64,000 nt of DNA from Auanema rhodensis. Taxonomy: Eukaryota > Animalia > Nematoda. The first letter of the stretch is position 1; every line of letters starts with the position of its first letter. The translations under genes and the position numbers were made by a program. Positions 25,501 to 41,200 of the stretch are shown here, piece by piece. The notes beneath the pieces are model-generated. The model ran no database searches. It saw nothing but the letters and a program-made list of their open reading frames with translations, and was not told the origin of the DNA. The stretch covers positions 17,732,001 through 17,796,000 of the forward strand of contig OZ059897.1 in NCBI GenBank assembly GCA_964057225.1, given 5' to 3'.

Positions 25501-28500
25501 TCTTCAGGGTGAAAATCGAGGATATAAGTGTGAACTTATATCAGTTGATATCTCGGTGCATTTTTAAGCTAGCGTAAATCTGATAACACAGATCGACGCA
25601 GCTTAAAAATCCGCATCGAATGCACTATACTACATTGAGAAACGCTTAATACAAAAATTAGTTATGATCGTTTGAAAAATGATGCATTAGTGTATGTTGA
25701 GTTTCCATGTACACTCAATATTGCTTCCAAAAAAATTTTGACAAAAATTTTTTCGAAAAATTTCAAAATAATTTAGCAAAAAGTAGATGTTTTTAGATTC
25801 CTTTTTTCAAGGCAAAGACGATGGACAATGTTATTCAACGAAAAAAACAATTCTTCAGGGTGAAAATCGAGGATATAAGTGTGAACTTATATCAGTTGAT
25901 ATATCGGTGCATTTTTAAGCTAGCGCAAATCTGATAACACAGATCGACGCAGCTTACAAATCCGCATCGAATGCACTATACTACATTGAGAAACGCTTAA
26001 TACAAAAATTAGTTATGATCGTTTGAAAAATGATGCATTAGTGTATGTTGAGTTTCCATGTACACTCAACATTGCTTCCAAAAAAATTTTGACAAAAATT
26101 TTTTCGAAAAATTTCAAAATAATTTAGCAAAAAGTAGATGTTTTTAGATTCCTTTTTTCAAGGCAAAGACGATGGACAATGTTATTCAACGAAAAAATTA
26201 ATTCTTCAGGGTGAAAATCGAGGATATAAGTGTGAACTTATATCAGTTGATATCTCGGTGCATTTTTAAGCTAGCGCAAATCTGATAACACAGATCGACG
26301 CAGCTTAAAAATCCGCATCGAATGCACTATACTACATTGAGAAACGCTTAATACAAAAATTAGTTATGATCGTTTGAAAAATGATGCATTAGTGTATGTT
26401 GAGTTTCCGTGTACACTCAACATTGCTTCCAAAAAAATTTTGACAAAAATTTTTTCGAAAAATTTCAAAATAATTTAGCAAAAAGTAGATGTTTTTAGAT
26501 TCCTTTTTTCAAGGCAAAGACGATGGACAATGTTATTCAACGAAAAAATTAATTCATCAGGGTGAAAATCGAGGATATAAGTGTGAACTTATATCAGTTG
26601 ATATCTCGGTGCATTTTTAAGCTAGCGCAAATCTGATAACACAGATCGACGCAGGTTAAAAATCCGCATCGAATGCACTATACTACATTGAGAAACGCTT
26701 AATACAAAAACTAGTTATGATCGTTTGAAAAATGATGCATTAGTGTATGTTGAGTTTCCATGTACACTCAACATTGCTTCCAAAAACATTTTGACGAAAA
26801 TTTTTTCGAAAAATTTCAAAATAATTTAGCAAAAAGTAGATGTTTTTAGATTTCTTTTTTCAAGGCAAAGACGATGGACAATGTTATTCAACGAAAAAAT
26901 TAATTCTTCAGGGTGAAAATCGAGGATATAAGTGTGAACTTATATCAGTTGATATCTCGGTGCATTTTTAAGCTAGCGCAAATCTGATAACACAGATCGA
27001 CGCAGCTCAAAAATCCGCATCGAATGCACTGCACTACATTGAGAAACGCTTAATTCAAAAGTTAGTTATGATCGTTTGAAAAATGATGCATTAGTGTATG
27101 TTGAGTTTCCATGTACACTCAACATTGCTTCCAAAAACATTTTGACAAAAATTTTTTCGAAAAATTTCAAAATAATTTAACAAAAAGTACATTTTTGTAG
27201 GTTCCTTTTTTCAAGGCAAAGACGATGGACAATGTTATTCAACGAAAAAATTAATTCTTCAGGGTGAAAATCGAGGATATAAGTGTGAACTTATATCAGT
27301 TGATATCTCGGTGCATTTTTAAGCTAACGCAAATCTGATAACACAGATCGACGCAGCTTAAAAATCCGCATCGAATGCACTGCACTACATTGAGAAACAC
27401 TTAATACAAAAATTAGTTATGATCGTTTGAAAAATGATGCATTAGTGTATGTTGAGTTTCCATGTACACTCAACATTGCTTCCAAAAACATTTTGACAAA
27501 AATTTTTTCGAAAAATTTCAAAATAATTTAGCAAAAAGTAGATGTTTTTAGATTTATTTTTTCAAGGCAAAGACGATGGACAATGTTATTCAACGAAAAA
27601 ATTAATTCTTCAGGGTGAAAATCGAGGATATAAGTGTGAACTTATATCAGTTGATATCTCGGTGCATTTTTAAGCTAGCGCAAATCTGATAACACAGATC
27701 GACGCAGGTTAAAAATCCGCATCGAATGCACTGCACTACATTGAGAAACGCTTAATTCAAAAGTTAGTTATGATCGTTTGAAAAATGATGCATTAGTGTA
27801 TGTTGAGTTTCCATGTACACTCAACATTGCTTCCAAAAAAATTTTGACAAAAATTTTTTCGAAAAATTTCAAAATAATTTAGCAAAAAGTAGATGTTTTT
27901 AGATTCCTTTTTTCAAGGCAAAGACGATGGACAATGTTATTCAACGAAAAAATTAATTCTTCAGGGTGAAAATCGAGGATATAAGTGTGAACTTATATCA
28001 GTTGATATCTCGGTGCATTTTTAAGCTAGCGCAAATCTGATAACACAGATCGACGCAGCTTAAAAATCCGCATCGAATGCACTATACTACATTGAGAAAC
28101 GCTTAATACAAAAATTAGTTATGATCGTTTGAAAAATGATGCATTAGTGTATGTTGAGTTTCCATGTACACTCAACATTGCTTCCAAAAAAATTTTGACA
28201 AAAATTTTTTCGAAAAATTTCAAAATAATTTAGCAAAAAGTAGATGTTTTTAGATTCCTTTTTTCAAGGCAAAGATGATGGACAATGTTATTCAACGAAA
28301 AAATTAATTCTTCAGGGTGAAAATCGAGGATATAAGTGTGAACTTATATCAGTTGATATCTCGGTGCATTTTTAAGCTAGCGCAAATCTGATAACACAGA
28401 TCGACGCAGGTTAAAAATCCGCATCGAATGCACTATACTACATTGAGAAACGCTTAATACAAAAATTAGTTATGATCGTTTGAAAAATGATGCATTAGTG

Positions 28501-31500
28501 TATGTTGAGTTTCCATGTACACTCAACATTGCTTCCAAAAACATTTAGACAAAAATTTTTTCGAAAAATTTCAAAATAATTTAGCAAAAAGTAGATGTTT
28601 TTAGATTTCTTTTTTCAAGGCAAAGACGATGGACAATGTTATTCAACGAAAAAATTAATTCTTCAGGGTGAAAATCGAGGATATAAGTGTGAACTTATAT
28701 CAGTTGATATATCGGTGCATTTTTAAGCTAGCGCAAATCTGATAACACAGATCGACGCAGCTTAAAAATCCGCATCGAATGCACTATACTACATTGAGAA
28801 ACGCTTAATACAAAAATTAGTTATGATCGTTTGAAAAATGATGCATTAGTGTATGTTGAGTTTCCATGTACACTCAACATTGCTTCCAAAAACATTTTGA
28901 CAAAAATTTTTTCGAAAAATTTCAAAATAATTTTGCAAAAAGTAGATGTTTTCAGATTTTTTTTTTCAAGGCAAAGACGATGGACAATGTTATTCAACGA
29001 AAAAATTAATTCTTCAGGGTGAAAATCGAGGATATAAGTGTGAACTTATATCAGTTGATATCTCGGTGCATTTTTAAGCTAGCGCAAATCTGATAACACA
29101 GATCGACGCAGCTTACAAATCCGCATCGAATGCACTATACTACATTGAGAAACGCTTAATACAAAAATTAGTTATGATCGTTTGAAAAATGATGCATTAG
29201 TGTATGTTGAGTTTCCATGTACACTCAACATTGCTTCCAAAAACATTATGACAAAAATTTTTTCGAAAAATTTCAAAATAATTTAGCAAAAAGTAGATGT
29301 TTTTAGATTCCTTTTTTCAAGGCAAAGACGATGGACAATGTTATTCAACGAAAAAAACAATTCTTCAGGGTGAAAATCGAGGATATAAGTGTGAACTTAT
29401 ATCAGTTGATATATCGGTGCATTTTTAAGCTAGCGCAAATCTGATAACACAGATCGACGCAGCTTACAAATCCGCATCGAATGCACTATACTACATTGAG
29501 AAACGCTTAATACAAAAATTAGTTATGATCGTTTGAAAAATGATGCATTAGTGTATGTTGAGTTTCCATGTACACTCAACATTGCTTCCAAAAAAATTTT
29601 GACAAAAATTTTTTCGAAAAATTTCAAAATAATTTAGCAAAAAGTAGATGTTTTTAGATTCCTTTTTTCAAGGCAAAGACGATGGACAATGTTATTCAAC
29701 GAAAAAATTAATTCTTCAGGGTGAAAATCGAGGATATAAGTGTGAACTTATATCAGTTGATATCTCGGTGCATTTTTAAGCTAGCGCAAATCTGATAACA
29801 CAGATCGAAGCAGCTTAAAAATCCGCATCGAATGCACTATACTACATTGAGAAACGCTTAATACAAAAATTAGTTATGATCGTTTGAAAAATGATGCATT
29901 AGTGTATGTTGAGTTTCCATGTACACTCAATATTGCTTCCAAAAAAATTTTGACAAAAATTTTTTCGAAAAATTTCAAAATAATTTAGCAAAAAGTAGAT
30001 GTTTTTAGATTCCTTTTTTCAAGGCAAAGACGATGGACAATGTTATTCAACGAAAAAAACAATTCTTCAGGGTGAAAATCGAGGATATAAGTGTGAACTT
30101 ATATCAGTTGATATATCGGTGCATTTTTAAGCTAGCGCAAATCTGATAACACAGATCGACGCAGCTTACAAATCCGCATCGAATGCACTATACTACATTG
30201 AGAAACGCTTAATACAAAAATTAGTTATGATCGTTTGAAAAATGATGCATTAGTGTATGTTGAGTTTCCATGTACACTCAACATTGCTTCCAAAAAAATT
30301 TTGACAAAAATTTTTTCGAAAAATTTCAAAATAATTTAGCAAAAAGTAGATGTTTTTAGATTCCTTTTTTCAAGGCAAAGACGATGGACAATGTTATTCA
30401 ACGAAAAAATTAATTCTTCAGGGTGAAAATCGAGGATATAAGTGTGAACTTATATCAGTTGATATCTCGGTGCATTTTTAAGCTAGCGCAAATCTGATAA
30501 CACAGATCGACGCAGCTTACAAATCCGCATCGAATGCACTATACTACATTGAGAAACGCTTAATACAAAAATTAGTTATGATCGTTTGAAAAATGATGCA
30601 TTAGTGTATGTTGAGTTTCCATGTACACTCAACATTGCTTCCAAAAAAATTTTGACAAAAATTTTTTCGAAAAATTTCAAAATAATTTAGCAAAAAGTAG
30701 ATGTTTTTAGATTCCTTTTTTCAAGGCAAAGACGATGGACAATGTTATTCAACGAAAAAATTAATTCTTCAGGGTGAAAATCGAGGATATAAGTGTGAAC
30801 TTATATCAGTTGATATCTCGGTGCATTTTTAAGCTAGCGCAAATCTGATAACACAGATCGACGCAGCTTAAAAATCCGCATCGAATGCACTATACTACAT
30901 TGAGAAACGCTTAATACAAAAATTAGTTATGATCGTTTGAAAAATGATGCATTAGTGTATGTTGAGTTTCCATGTACACTCAACATTGCTTCCAAAAAAA
31001 TTTTGACAAAAATTTTTTCGAAAAATTTCAAAATAATTTAGCAAAAAGTAGATGTTTTTAGATTCCTTTTTTCAAGGCAAAAACGATGGACAATGTTATT
31101 CAACGAAAAAATTAATTCTTCAGGGTGAAAATCGAGGATATAAGTGTGAACTTATATCAGTTGATATCTCGGTGCATTTTTAAGCTAGCGCAAATCTGAT
31201 AACACAGATCGACGCAGCTTAAAAATCCGCATCGAATGCACTATACTACATTGAGAAACGCTTAATACAAAAATTAGTTATGATCGTTTGAAAAATGATG
31301 CATTAGTGTATGTTGAGTTTCCGTGTACACTCAACATTGCTTCCAAAAAAATTTTGACAAAAATTTTTTCGAAAAATTTCAAAATAATTTAGCAAAAAGT
31401 AGATGTTTTTAGATTCCTTTTTTCAAGGCAAAGACGATGGACAATGTTATTCAACGAAAAAATTAATTCATCAGGGTGAAAATCGAGGATATAAGTGTGA

Positions 31501-34500
31501 ACTTATATCAGTTGATATCTCGGTGCATTTTTAAGCTAGCGCAAATCTGATAACACAGATCGACGCAGGTTAAAAATCCGCATCGAATGCACTATACTAC
31601 ATTGAGAAACGCTTAATACAAAAACTAGTTATGATCGTTTGAAAAATGATGCATTAGTGTATGTTGAGTTTCCATGTACACTCAACATTGCTTCCAAAAA
31701 AATTTTGACAAAAATTTTTTCGAAAAATTTCAAAATAATTTAGCAAAAAGTAGATGTTTTTAGATTTCTTTTTTCAAGGCAAAGACGATGGACAATGTTA
31801 TTCAACGAAAAAATTAATTCTTCAGGGTGAAAATCGAGGATATAAGTGTGAACTTATATCAGTTGATATCTCGGTGCATTTTTAAGCTAGCGCAAATCTG
31901 ATAACACAGATCGACGCAGCTCAAAAATCCGCATCGAATGCACTGCACTACATTGAGAAACGCTTAATTCAAAAGTTAGTTATGATCGTTTGAAAAATGA
32001 TGCATTAGTGTATGTTGAGTTTCCATGTACACTCAACATTGCTTCCAAAAACATTTTGACAAAAATTTTTTCGAAAAATTTCAAAATAATTTAACAAAAA
32101 GTACATTTTTGTAGGTTCCTTTTTTCAAGGCAAAGACGATGGACAATGTTATTCAACGAAAAAATTAATTCTTCAGGGTGAAAATCGAGGATATAAGTGT
32201 GAACTTATATCAGTTGATATCTCGGTGCATTTTTAAGCTAGCGCAAATCTGATAACACAGATCGACGCAGCTTACAAATCCGCATCGAATGCACTATACT
32301 ACATTGAGAAACGCTTAATACAAAAATTAGTTATGATCGTTTGAAAAATGATGCATTAGTGTATGTTGAGTTTCCATGTACACTCAACATTGCTTCCAAA
32401 AACATTATGACAAAAATTTTTTCGAAAAATTTCAAAATAATTTAGCAAAAAGTAGATGTTTTTAGATTCCTTTTTTCAAGGCAAAGACGATGGACAATGT
32501 TATTCAACGAAAAAAACAATTCTTCAGGGTGAAAATCGAGGATATAAGTGTGAACTTATATCAGTTGATATATCGGTGCATTTTTAAGCTAGCGCAAATC
32601 TGATAACACAGATCGACGCAGCTTACAAATCCGCATCGAATGCACTATACTACATTGAGAAACGCTTAATACAAAAATTAGTTATGATCGTTTGAAAAAT
32701 GATGCATTAGTGTATGTTGAGTTTCCATGTACACTCAACATTGCTTCCAAAAAAATTTTGACAAAAATTTTTTCGAAAAATTTCAAAATAATTTAGCAAA
32801 AAGTAGATGTTTTTAGATTCCTTTTTTCAAGGCAAAGACGATGGACAATGTTATTCAACGAAAAAATTAATTCTTCAGGGTGAAAATCGAGGATATAAGT
32901 GTGAACTTATATCAGTTGATATCTCGGTGCATTTTTAAGCTAGCGCAAATCTGATAACACAGATCGACGCAGCTTACAAATCCGCATCGAATGCACTATA
33001 CTACATTGAGAAACGCTTAATACAAAAATTAGTTATGATCGTTTGAAAAATGATGCATTAGTGTATGTTGAGTTTCCATGTACACTCAACATTGCTTCCA
33101 AAAACATTATGACAAAAATTTTTTCGAAAAATTTCAAAATAATTTAGCAAAAAGTAGATGTTTTTAGATTCCTTTTTTCAAGGCAAAGACGATGGACAAT
33201 GTTATTCAACGAAAAAAACAATTCTTCAGGGTGAAAATCGAGGATATAAGTGTGAACTTATATCAGTTGATATATCGGTGCATTTTTAAGCTAGCGCAAA
33301 TCTGATAACACAGATCGACGCAGCTTACAAATCCGCATCGAATGCACTATACTACATTGAGAAACGCTTAATACAAAAATTAGTTATGATCGTTTGAAAA
33401 ATGATGCATTAGTGTATGTTGAGTTTCCATGTACACTCAACATTGCTTCCAAAAAAATTTTGACAAAAATTTTTTCGAAAAATTTCAAAATAATTTAGCA
33501 AAAAGTAGATGTTTTTAGATTCCTTTTTTCAAGGCAAAGACGATGGACAATGTTATTCAACGAAAAAATTAATTCTTCAGGGTGAAAATCGAGGATATAA
33601 GTGTGAACTTATATCAGTTGATATCTCGGTGCATTTTTAAGCTAGCGCAAATCTGATAACACAGATCGACGCAGCTTAAAAATCCGCATCGAATGCACTA
33701 TACTACATTGAGAAACGCTTAATACAAAAATTAGTTATGATCGTTTGAAAAATGATGCATTAGTGTATGTTCAGTTTCCATGTACACTCAATATTGCTTC
33801 CAAAAAAATTTTGACAAAAATTTTTTCGAAAAATTTCAAAATAATTTAGCAAAAAGTAGATGTTTTTAGATTCCTTTTTTCAAGGCAAAGACGATGGACA
33901 ATGTTATTCAACAAAAAAAACAATTCTTCAGGGTGAAAATCGAGGATATAAGTGTGAACTTATATCAGTTGATATATCGGTGCATTTTTAAGCTAGCGCA
34001 AATCTGATAACACAGATCGACGCAGCTTACAAATCCGCATCGAATGCACTATACTACATTGAGAAACGCTTAATACAAAAATTAGTTATGATCGTTTGAA
34101 AAATGATGCATTAGTGTATGTTGAGTTTCCATGTACACTCAACATTGCTTCCAAAAAAATTTTGACAAAAATTTTTTCGAAAAATTTCAAAATAATTTAG
34201 CAAAAAGTAGATGTTTTTAGATTCCTTTTTTCAAGGCAAAGACGATGGACAATGTTATTCAACGAAAAAATTAATTCTTCAGGGTGAAAATCGAGGATAT
34301 AAGTGTGAACTTATATCAGTTGATATCTCGGTGCATTTTTAAGCTAGCGCAAATCTGATAACACAGATCGACGCAGCTTAAAAATCCGCATCGAATGCAC
34401 TATACTACATTGAGAAACGCTTAATACAAAAATTAGTTATGATCGTTTGAAAAATGATGCATTAGTGTATGTTGAGTTTCCATGTACACTCAACATTGCT

Positions 34501-37500
34501 TCCAAAAAAATTTTGACAAAAATTTTTTCGAAAAATTTCAAAATAATTTAGCAAAAAGTAGATGTTTTTAGATTCCTTTTTTCAAAGCAAAAACGATGGA
34601 CAATGTTATTCAACGAAAAAATTAATTCTTCAGGGTGAAAATCGAGGATATAAGTGTGAACTTATATCAGTTGATATCTCGGTGCATTTTTAAGCTAGCG
34701 CAAATCTGATAACACAGATCGACGCAGCTTAAAAATCCGCATCGAATGCACTATACTACATTGAGAAACGCTTAATACAAAAATTAGTTATGATCGTTTG
34801 AAAAATGATGCATTAGTGTATGTTGAGTTTCCGTGTACACTCAACATTGCTTCCAAAAAAATTTTGACAAAAATTTTTTCGAAAAATTTCAAAATAATTT
34901 AGCAAAAAGTAGATGTTTTTAGATTCCTTTTTTCAAGGCAAAGACGATGGACAATGTTATTCAACGAAAAAATTAATTCATCAGGGTGAAAATCGAGGAT
35001 ATAAGTGTGAACTTATATCAGTTGATATCTCGGTGCATTTTTAAGCTAGCGCAAATCTGATAACACAGATCGACGCAGGTTAAAAATCCGCATCGAATGC
35101 ACTATACTACATTGAGAAACGCTTAATACAAAAACTAGTTATGATCGTTTGAAAAATGATGCATTAGTGTATGTTGAGTTTCCATGTACACTCAACATTG
35201 CTTCCAAAAACATTTTGACAAAAATTTTTTCGAAAAATTTCAAAATAATTTAGCAAAAAGTAGATGTTTTTAGATTTCTTTTTTCAAGGCAAAGACGATG
35301 GACAATGTTATTCAACGAAAAAATTAATTCTTCAGGGTGAAAATCGAGGATATAAGTGTGAACTTATATCAGTTGATATCTCGGTGCATTTTTAAGCTAG
35401 CGCAAATCTGATAACACAGATCGACGCAGCTCAAAAATCCGCATCGAATGCACTGCACTACATTGAGAAACGCTTAATTCAAAAGTTAGTTATGATCGTT
35501 TGAAAAATGATGCATTAGTGTATGTTGAGTTTCCATGTACACTCAACATTGCTTCCAAAAACATTTTGACAAAAATTTTTTCGAAAAATTTCAAAATAAT
35601 TTAGCAAAAAGTAGATGTTTTTAGATTCCTTTTTTCAAGGCAAAGACGATGGACAATGTTATTCAACGAAAAAATTAATTCTTCAGGGTGAAAATCGAGG
35701 ATATAAGTGTGAACTTATATCAGTTGATATCTCGGTGCATTTTTAAGCTAGCGCAAATCTGATAACACAGATCGACGCAGCTTAAAAATCCGCATCGAAT
35801 GCACTGCACTACATTGAAAAACACTTAATACAAAAATTAGTTATGATCGTTTGAAAAATGATGCATTAGTGTATGTTGAGTTTCCATGTACACTCAACAT
35901 TGCTTCCAAAAACATTTTGACAAAAATTTTTTCGAAAAATTTCAAAATAATTTAGCAAAAAGTAGATGTTTTTAGATTCCTTTTTTCAAGGCAAAGACGA
36001 TGGACAATGTTATTCAACGAAAAAATTAATTCTTCAGGGTGAAAATCGAGGATATAAGTGTGAACTTATATCAGTTGATATCTCGGTGCATTTTTAAGCT
36101 AGCGCAAATCTGATAACACAGATCGACGCAGCTTAAAAATCCGCATCGAATGCACTATACTACATTGAGAAACGCTTAATACAAAAATTAGTTATGATCG
36201 TTTGAAAAATGATGCATTAGTGTATGTTGAGTTTCCATGTACACTCAACATTGCTTCCAAAAAAATTTTGACAAAAATTTTTTCGAAAAATTTCAAAATA
36301 ATTTAGCAAAAAGTAGATGTTTTTAGATTCCTTTTTTCAAGGCAAAGACGATGGACAATGTTATTCAACGAAAAAATTAATTCTTCAGGGTGAAAATCGA
36401 GGATATAAGTGTGAACTTATATCAGTTGATATCTCGGTGCATTTTTAAGCTAGCGCAAATCTGATAACACAGATCGACGCAGGTTAAAAATCCGCATCGA
36501 ATGCACTATACTACATTGAGAAAAGCTTAATACAAAAATTAGTTATGATCGTTTGAAAAATGATGCATTAGTGTATGTTGAGTTTCCATGTACACTCAAC
36601 ATTGCTTCCAAAAACATTTTGACAAAAATTTTTTCGAAAAATTTCAAAATAATTTAGCAAAAAGTAGATGTTTTTAGATTTCTTTTTTCAAGGCAAAGAC
36701 GATGGACAATGTTATTCAACGAAAAAATTAATTCTTCAGGGTGAAAATCGAGGATATAAGTGTGAACTTATATCAGTTGATATCTCGGTGCATTTTTAAG
36801 CTAGCGCAAATCTGATAACACAGATCGACGCAGCTCAAAAATCCGCATCGAATGCACTGCACTACATTGAGAAACGCTTAATTCAAAAGTTAGTTATGAT
36901 CGTTTGAAAAATGATGCATTAGTGTATGTTGAGTTTCCATGTACACTCAACATTGCTTCCAAAAACATTTTGACAAAAATTTTTTCGAAAAATTTCAAAA
37001 TAATTTAACAAAAAGTAAATTTTTGTAGGTTCCTTTTTTCAAGGCAAAGACGATGGACAATGTTATTCAACGAAAAAATTAATTCTTCAGGGTGAAAATC
37101 GAGGATATAAGTGTGAACTTATATCAGTTGATATATCGGTGCATTTTTAAGCTAGCGCAAATCTGATAACACAGATCGACGCAGCTTACAAATCCGCATC
37201 GAATGCACTATACTACATTGAGAAACGCTTAATACAAAAATTAGTTATGATCGTTTGAAAAATGATGCATTAGTGTATGTTGAGTTTCCATGTACACTCA
37301 ACATTGCTTCCAAAAACATTATGACAAAAATTTTTTCGAAAAATTTCAAAATAATTTAGCAAAAAGTAGATGTTTTTAGATTCCTTTTTTCAAGGCAAAG
37401 ACGATGGACAATGTTATTCAACGAAAAAAACAATTCTTCAGGGTGAAAATCGAGGATATAAGTGTGAACTTATATCAGTTGATATATCGGTGCATTTTTA

Positions 37501-38258
37501 AGCTAGCGCAAATCTGATAACACAGATCGACGCAGCTTACAAATCCGCATCGAATGCACTATACTACATTGAGAAACGCTTAATACAAAAATTAGTTATG
37601 ATCGTTTGAAAAATGATGCATTAGTGTATGTTGAGTTTCCATGTACACTCAACATTGCTTCCAAAAACATTTTGACAAAAATTTTTTCGAAAAATTTCAA
37701 AATAATTTTGCAAAAAGTAGATGTTTTCAGATTTTTTTTTTCAAGGCAAAGACGATGGACAATGTTATTCAACGAAAAAATTAATTCTTCAGGGTGAACA
37801 TCGAGGATATAAGTGTGAACTTATATCAGTTGATATCTCGGTGCATTTTTAAGCTAGCGCAAATCTGATAACACAGATCGACGCAGCTTACAAATCCGCA
37901 TCGAATGCACTATACTACATTGAGAAACGCTTAATACAAAAATTAGTTATGATCGTTTGAAAAATGATGCATTAGTGTATGTTGAGTTTCCATGTACACT
38001 CAACATTGCTTCCAAAAACATTATGACAAAAATTTTTTCGAAAAATTTCAAAATAATTTAGCAAAAAGTAGATGTTTTTAGATTCCTTTTTTCAAGGTAA
38101 AGACGATGGACAATGTTATTCAACGAAAAAAACAATTCTTCAGGGTGAAAATCGAGGATATAAGTGTGAACTTATATCAGTTGATATATCGGTGCATTTT
38201 TAAGCTAGCGCAAATCTGATAACACAGATCGACGCAGCTTACAAATCCGCATCGAATG
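10530..38258 (+). repeat. Domain of degenerate ~10-monomer higher-order repeat
   Basis: Distinguishable monomer types recur in conserved order, e.g. 16146-19655, 24570-27728, 28782-32291 and 32994-36152. Confidence 0.7.
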
Positions 38259-41200
38259 CACTATACTACATTGAGAAACGCTTAATACAAAAATTAGTTA
38301 TGATCGTTTGAAAAATGATGCATTAGTGTATGTTGAGTTTCCATGTACACTCAACATTGCTTCCAAAAAAATTTTGACAAAAATTTTTTCGAAAAATTTC
38401 AAAATAATTTAGCAAAAAGTAGATGTTTTTAGATTCCTTTTTTCAAGGCAAAGACGATGGACAATGTTATTCAACGAAAAAATTAATTCTTCAGGGTGAA
38501 AATCGAGGATATAAGTGTGAACTTATATCAGTTGATATCTCGGTGCATTTTTAAGCTAGCGCAAATCTGATAACACAGATCGACGCAGCTTACAAATCCG
38601 CATCGAATGCACTATACTACATTGAGAAACGCTTAATACAAAAATTAGTTATGATCGTTTGAAAAATGATGCATTAGTGTATGTTGAGTTTCCATGTACA
38701 CTCAACATTGCTTCCAAAAAAATTTTGACAAAAATTTTTTCGAAAAATTTCAAAATAGTTTAGCAAAAAGTAGATGTTTTTAGATTCCTTTTTTCAAGGC
38801 AAAGACGATGGACAATGTTATTCAACGAAAAAAACAATTCTTCAGGGTGAAAATCGAGGATATAAGTGTGAACTTATATCAGTTGATATATCGGTGCATT
38901 TTTAAGCTAGCGCAAATCTGATAACACAGATCGACGCAGCTTACAAATCCGCATCGAATGCACTATATTACATTGAGAAACGCTTAATACAAAAATTAGT
39001 TATGATCGTTTGAAAAATGATGCATTAGTGTATGTTGAGTTTCCATGTACACTCAACATTGCTTCCAAAAAAATTTTGACAAAAATTTTTTCGAAAAATT
39101 TCAAAATAATTTAGCAAAAAGTAGATGTTTTTAGATTCCTTTTTTCAAGGCAAAGACGATGGACAATGTTATTCAACGAAAAAAACAATTCTTCAGGGTG
39201 AAAATCGAGGATATAAGTGTGAACTTATATCAGTTGATATATCGGTGCATTTTTAAGCTAGCGCAAATCTGATAACACAGATCGACGCAGCTTACAAATC
39301 CGCATCGAATGCACTATACTACATTGAGAAACGCTTAATACAAAAATTAGTTATGATCGTTTGAAAAATGATGCATTAGTGTATGTTGAGTTTCCATGTA
39401 CACTCAACATTGCTTCCAAAAAAATTTTGACAAAAATTTTTTCGAAAAATTTCAAAATAATTTAGCAAAAAGTAGATGTTTTTAGATTCCTTTTTTCAAG
39501 GCAAAGACGATGGACAATGTTATTCAACGAAAAAAACAATTCTTCAGGGTGAAAATCGAGGATATAAGTGTGAACTTATATCAGTTGATATATCGGTGCA
39601 TTTTTAAGCTAGCGCAAATCTGATAACACAGATCGACGCCGCTTACAAATCCGCATCGAATGCACTATACTACATTGAGAAACGCTTAATACAAAAATTA
39701 GTTATGATCGTTTGAAAAATGATGCATTAGTGTATGTTGAGTTTCCATGTACACTCAACATTGCTTCCAAAAAAATTTTGACAAAAATTTTTTCGAAAAA
39801 TTTCAAAATAATTTAGCAAAAAGTAGATGTTTTTAGATTCCTTTTTTCAAGGCAAAGACGATGGACAATGTTATTCAACGAAAAAATTAATTCTTCAGGG
39901 TGAAAATCGAGGATATAAGTGTGAACTTATATCAGTTGATATCTCGGTGCATTTTTAAGCTAGCGCAAATCTGATAACACAGATCGACGCAGCTTACAAA
40001 TCCGCATCGAATGCACTATACTACATTGAGAAACGCTTAATACAAAAATTAGTTATGATCGTTTGAAAAATGATGCATTAGTGTATGTTGAGTTTCCATG
40101 TACACTCAACATTGCTTCCAAAAAAATTTTGACAAAAATTTTTTCGAAAAATTTCAAAATAGTTTAGCAAAAAGTAGATGTTTTTAGATTCCTTTTTTCA
40201 AGGCAAAGACGATGGACAATGTTATTCAACGAAAAAAACAATTCTTCAGGGTGAAAATCGAGGATATAAGTGTGAACTTATATCAGTTGATATATCGGTG
40301 CATTTTTAAGCTAGCGCAAATCTGATAACACAGATCGACGCAGCTTACAAATCCGCATCGAATGCACTATATTACATTGAGAAACGCTTAATACAAAAAT
40401 TAGTTATGATCGTTTGAAAAATGATGCATTAGTGTATGTTGAGTTTCCATGTACACTCAACATTGCTTCCAAAAAAATTTTGACAAAAATTTTTTCGAAA
40501 AATTTCAAAATAATTTAGCAAAAAGTAGATGTTTTTAGATTCCTTTTTTCAAGGCAAAGACGATGGACAATGTTATTCAACGAAAAAAACAATTCTTCAG
40601 GGTGAAAATCGAGGATATAAGTGTGAACTTATATCAGTTGATATATCGGTGCATTTTTAAGCTAGCGCAAATCTGATAACACAGATCGACGCAGCTTACA
40701 AATCCGCATCGAATGCACTATACTACATTGAGAAACGCTTAATACAAAAATTAGTTATGATCGTTTGAAAAATGATGCATTAGTGTATGTTGAGTTTCCA
40801 TGTACACTCAACATTGCTTCCAAAAAAATTTTGACAAAAATTTTTTCGAAAAATTTCAAAATAATTTAGCAAAAAGTAGATGTTTTTAGATTCCTTTTTT
40901 CAAGGCAAAGACGATGGACAATGTTATTCAACGAAAAAATTAATTCTTCAGGGTGAAAATCGAGGATATAAGTGTGAACTTATATCAGTTGATATCTCGG
41001 TGCATTTTTAAGCTAGCGCAAATCTGATAACACAGATCGACGCAGCTTACAAATCCGCATCGAATGCACTATACTACATTGAGAAACGCTTAATACAAAA
41101 ATTAGTTATGATCGTTTGAAAAATGATGCATTAGTGTATGTTGAGTTTCCATGTACACTCAACATTGCTTCCAAAAAAATTTTGACAAAAATTTTTTCGA

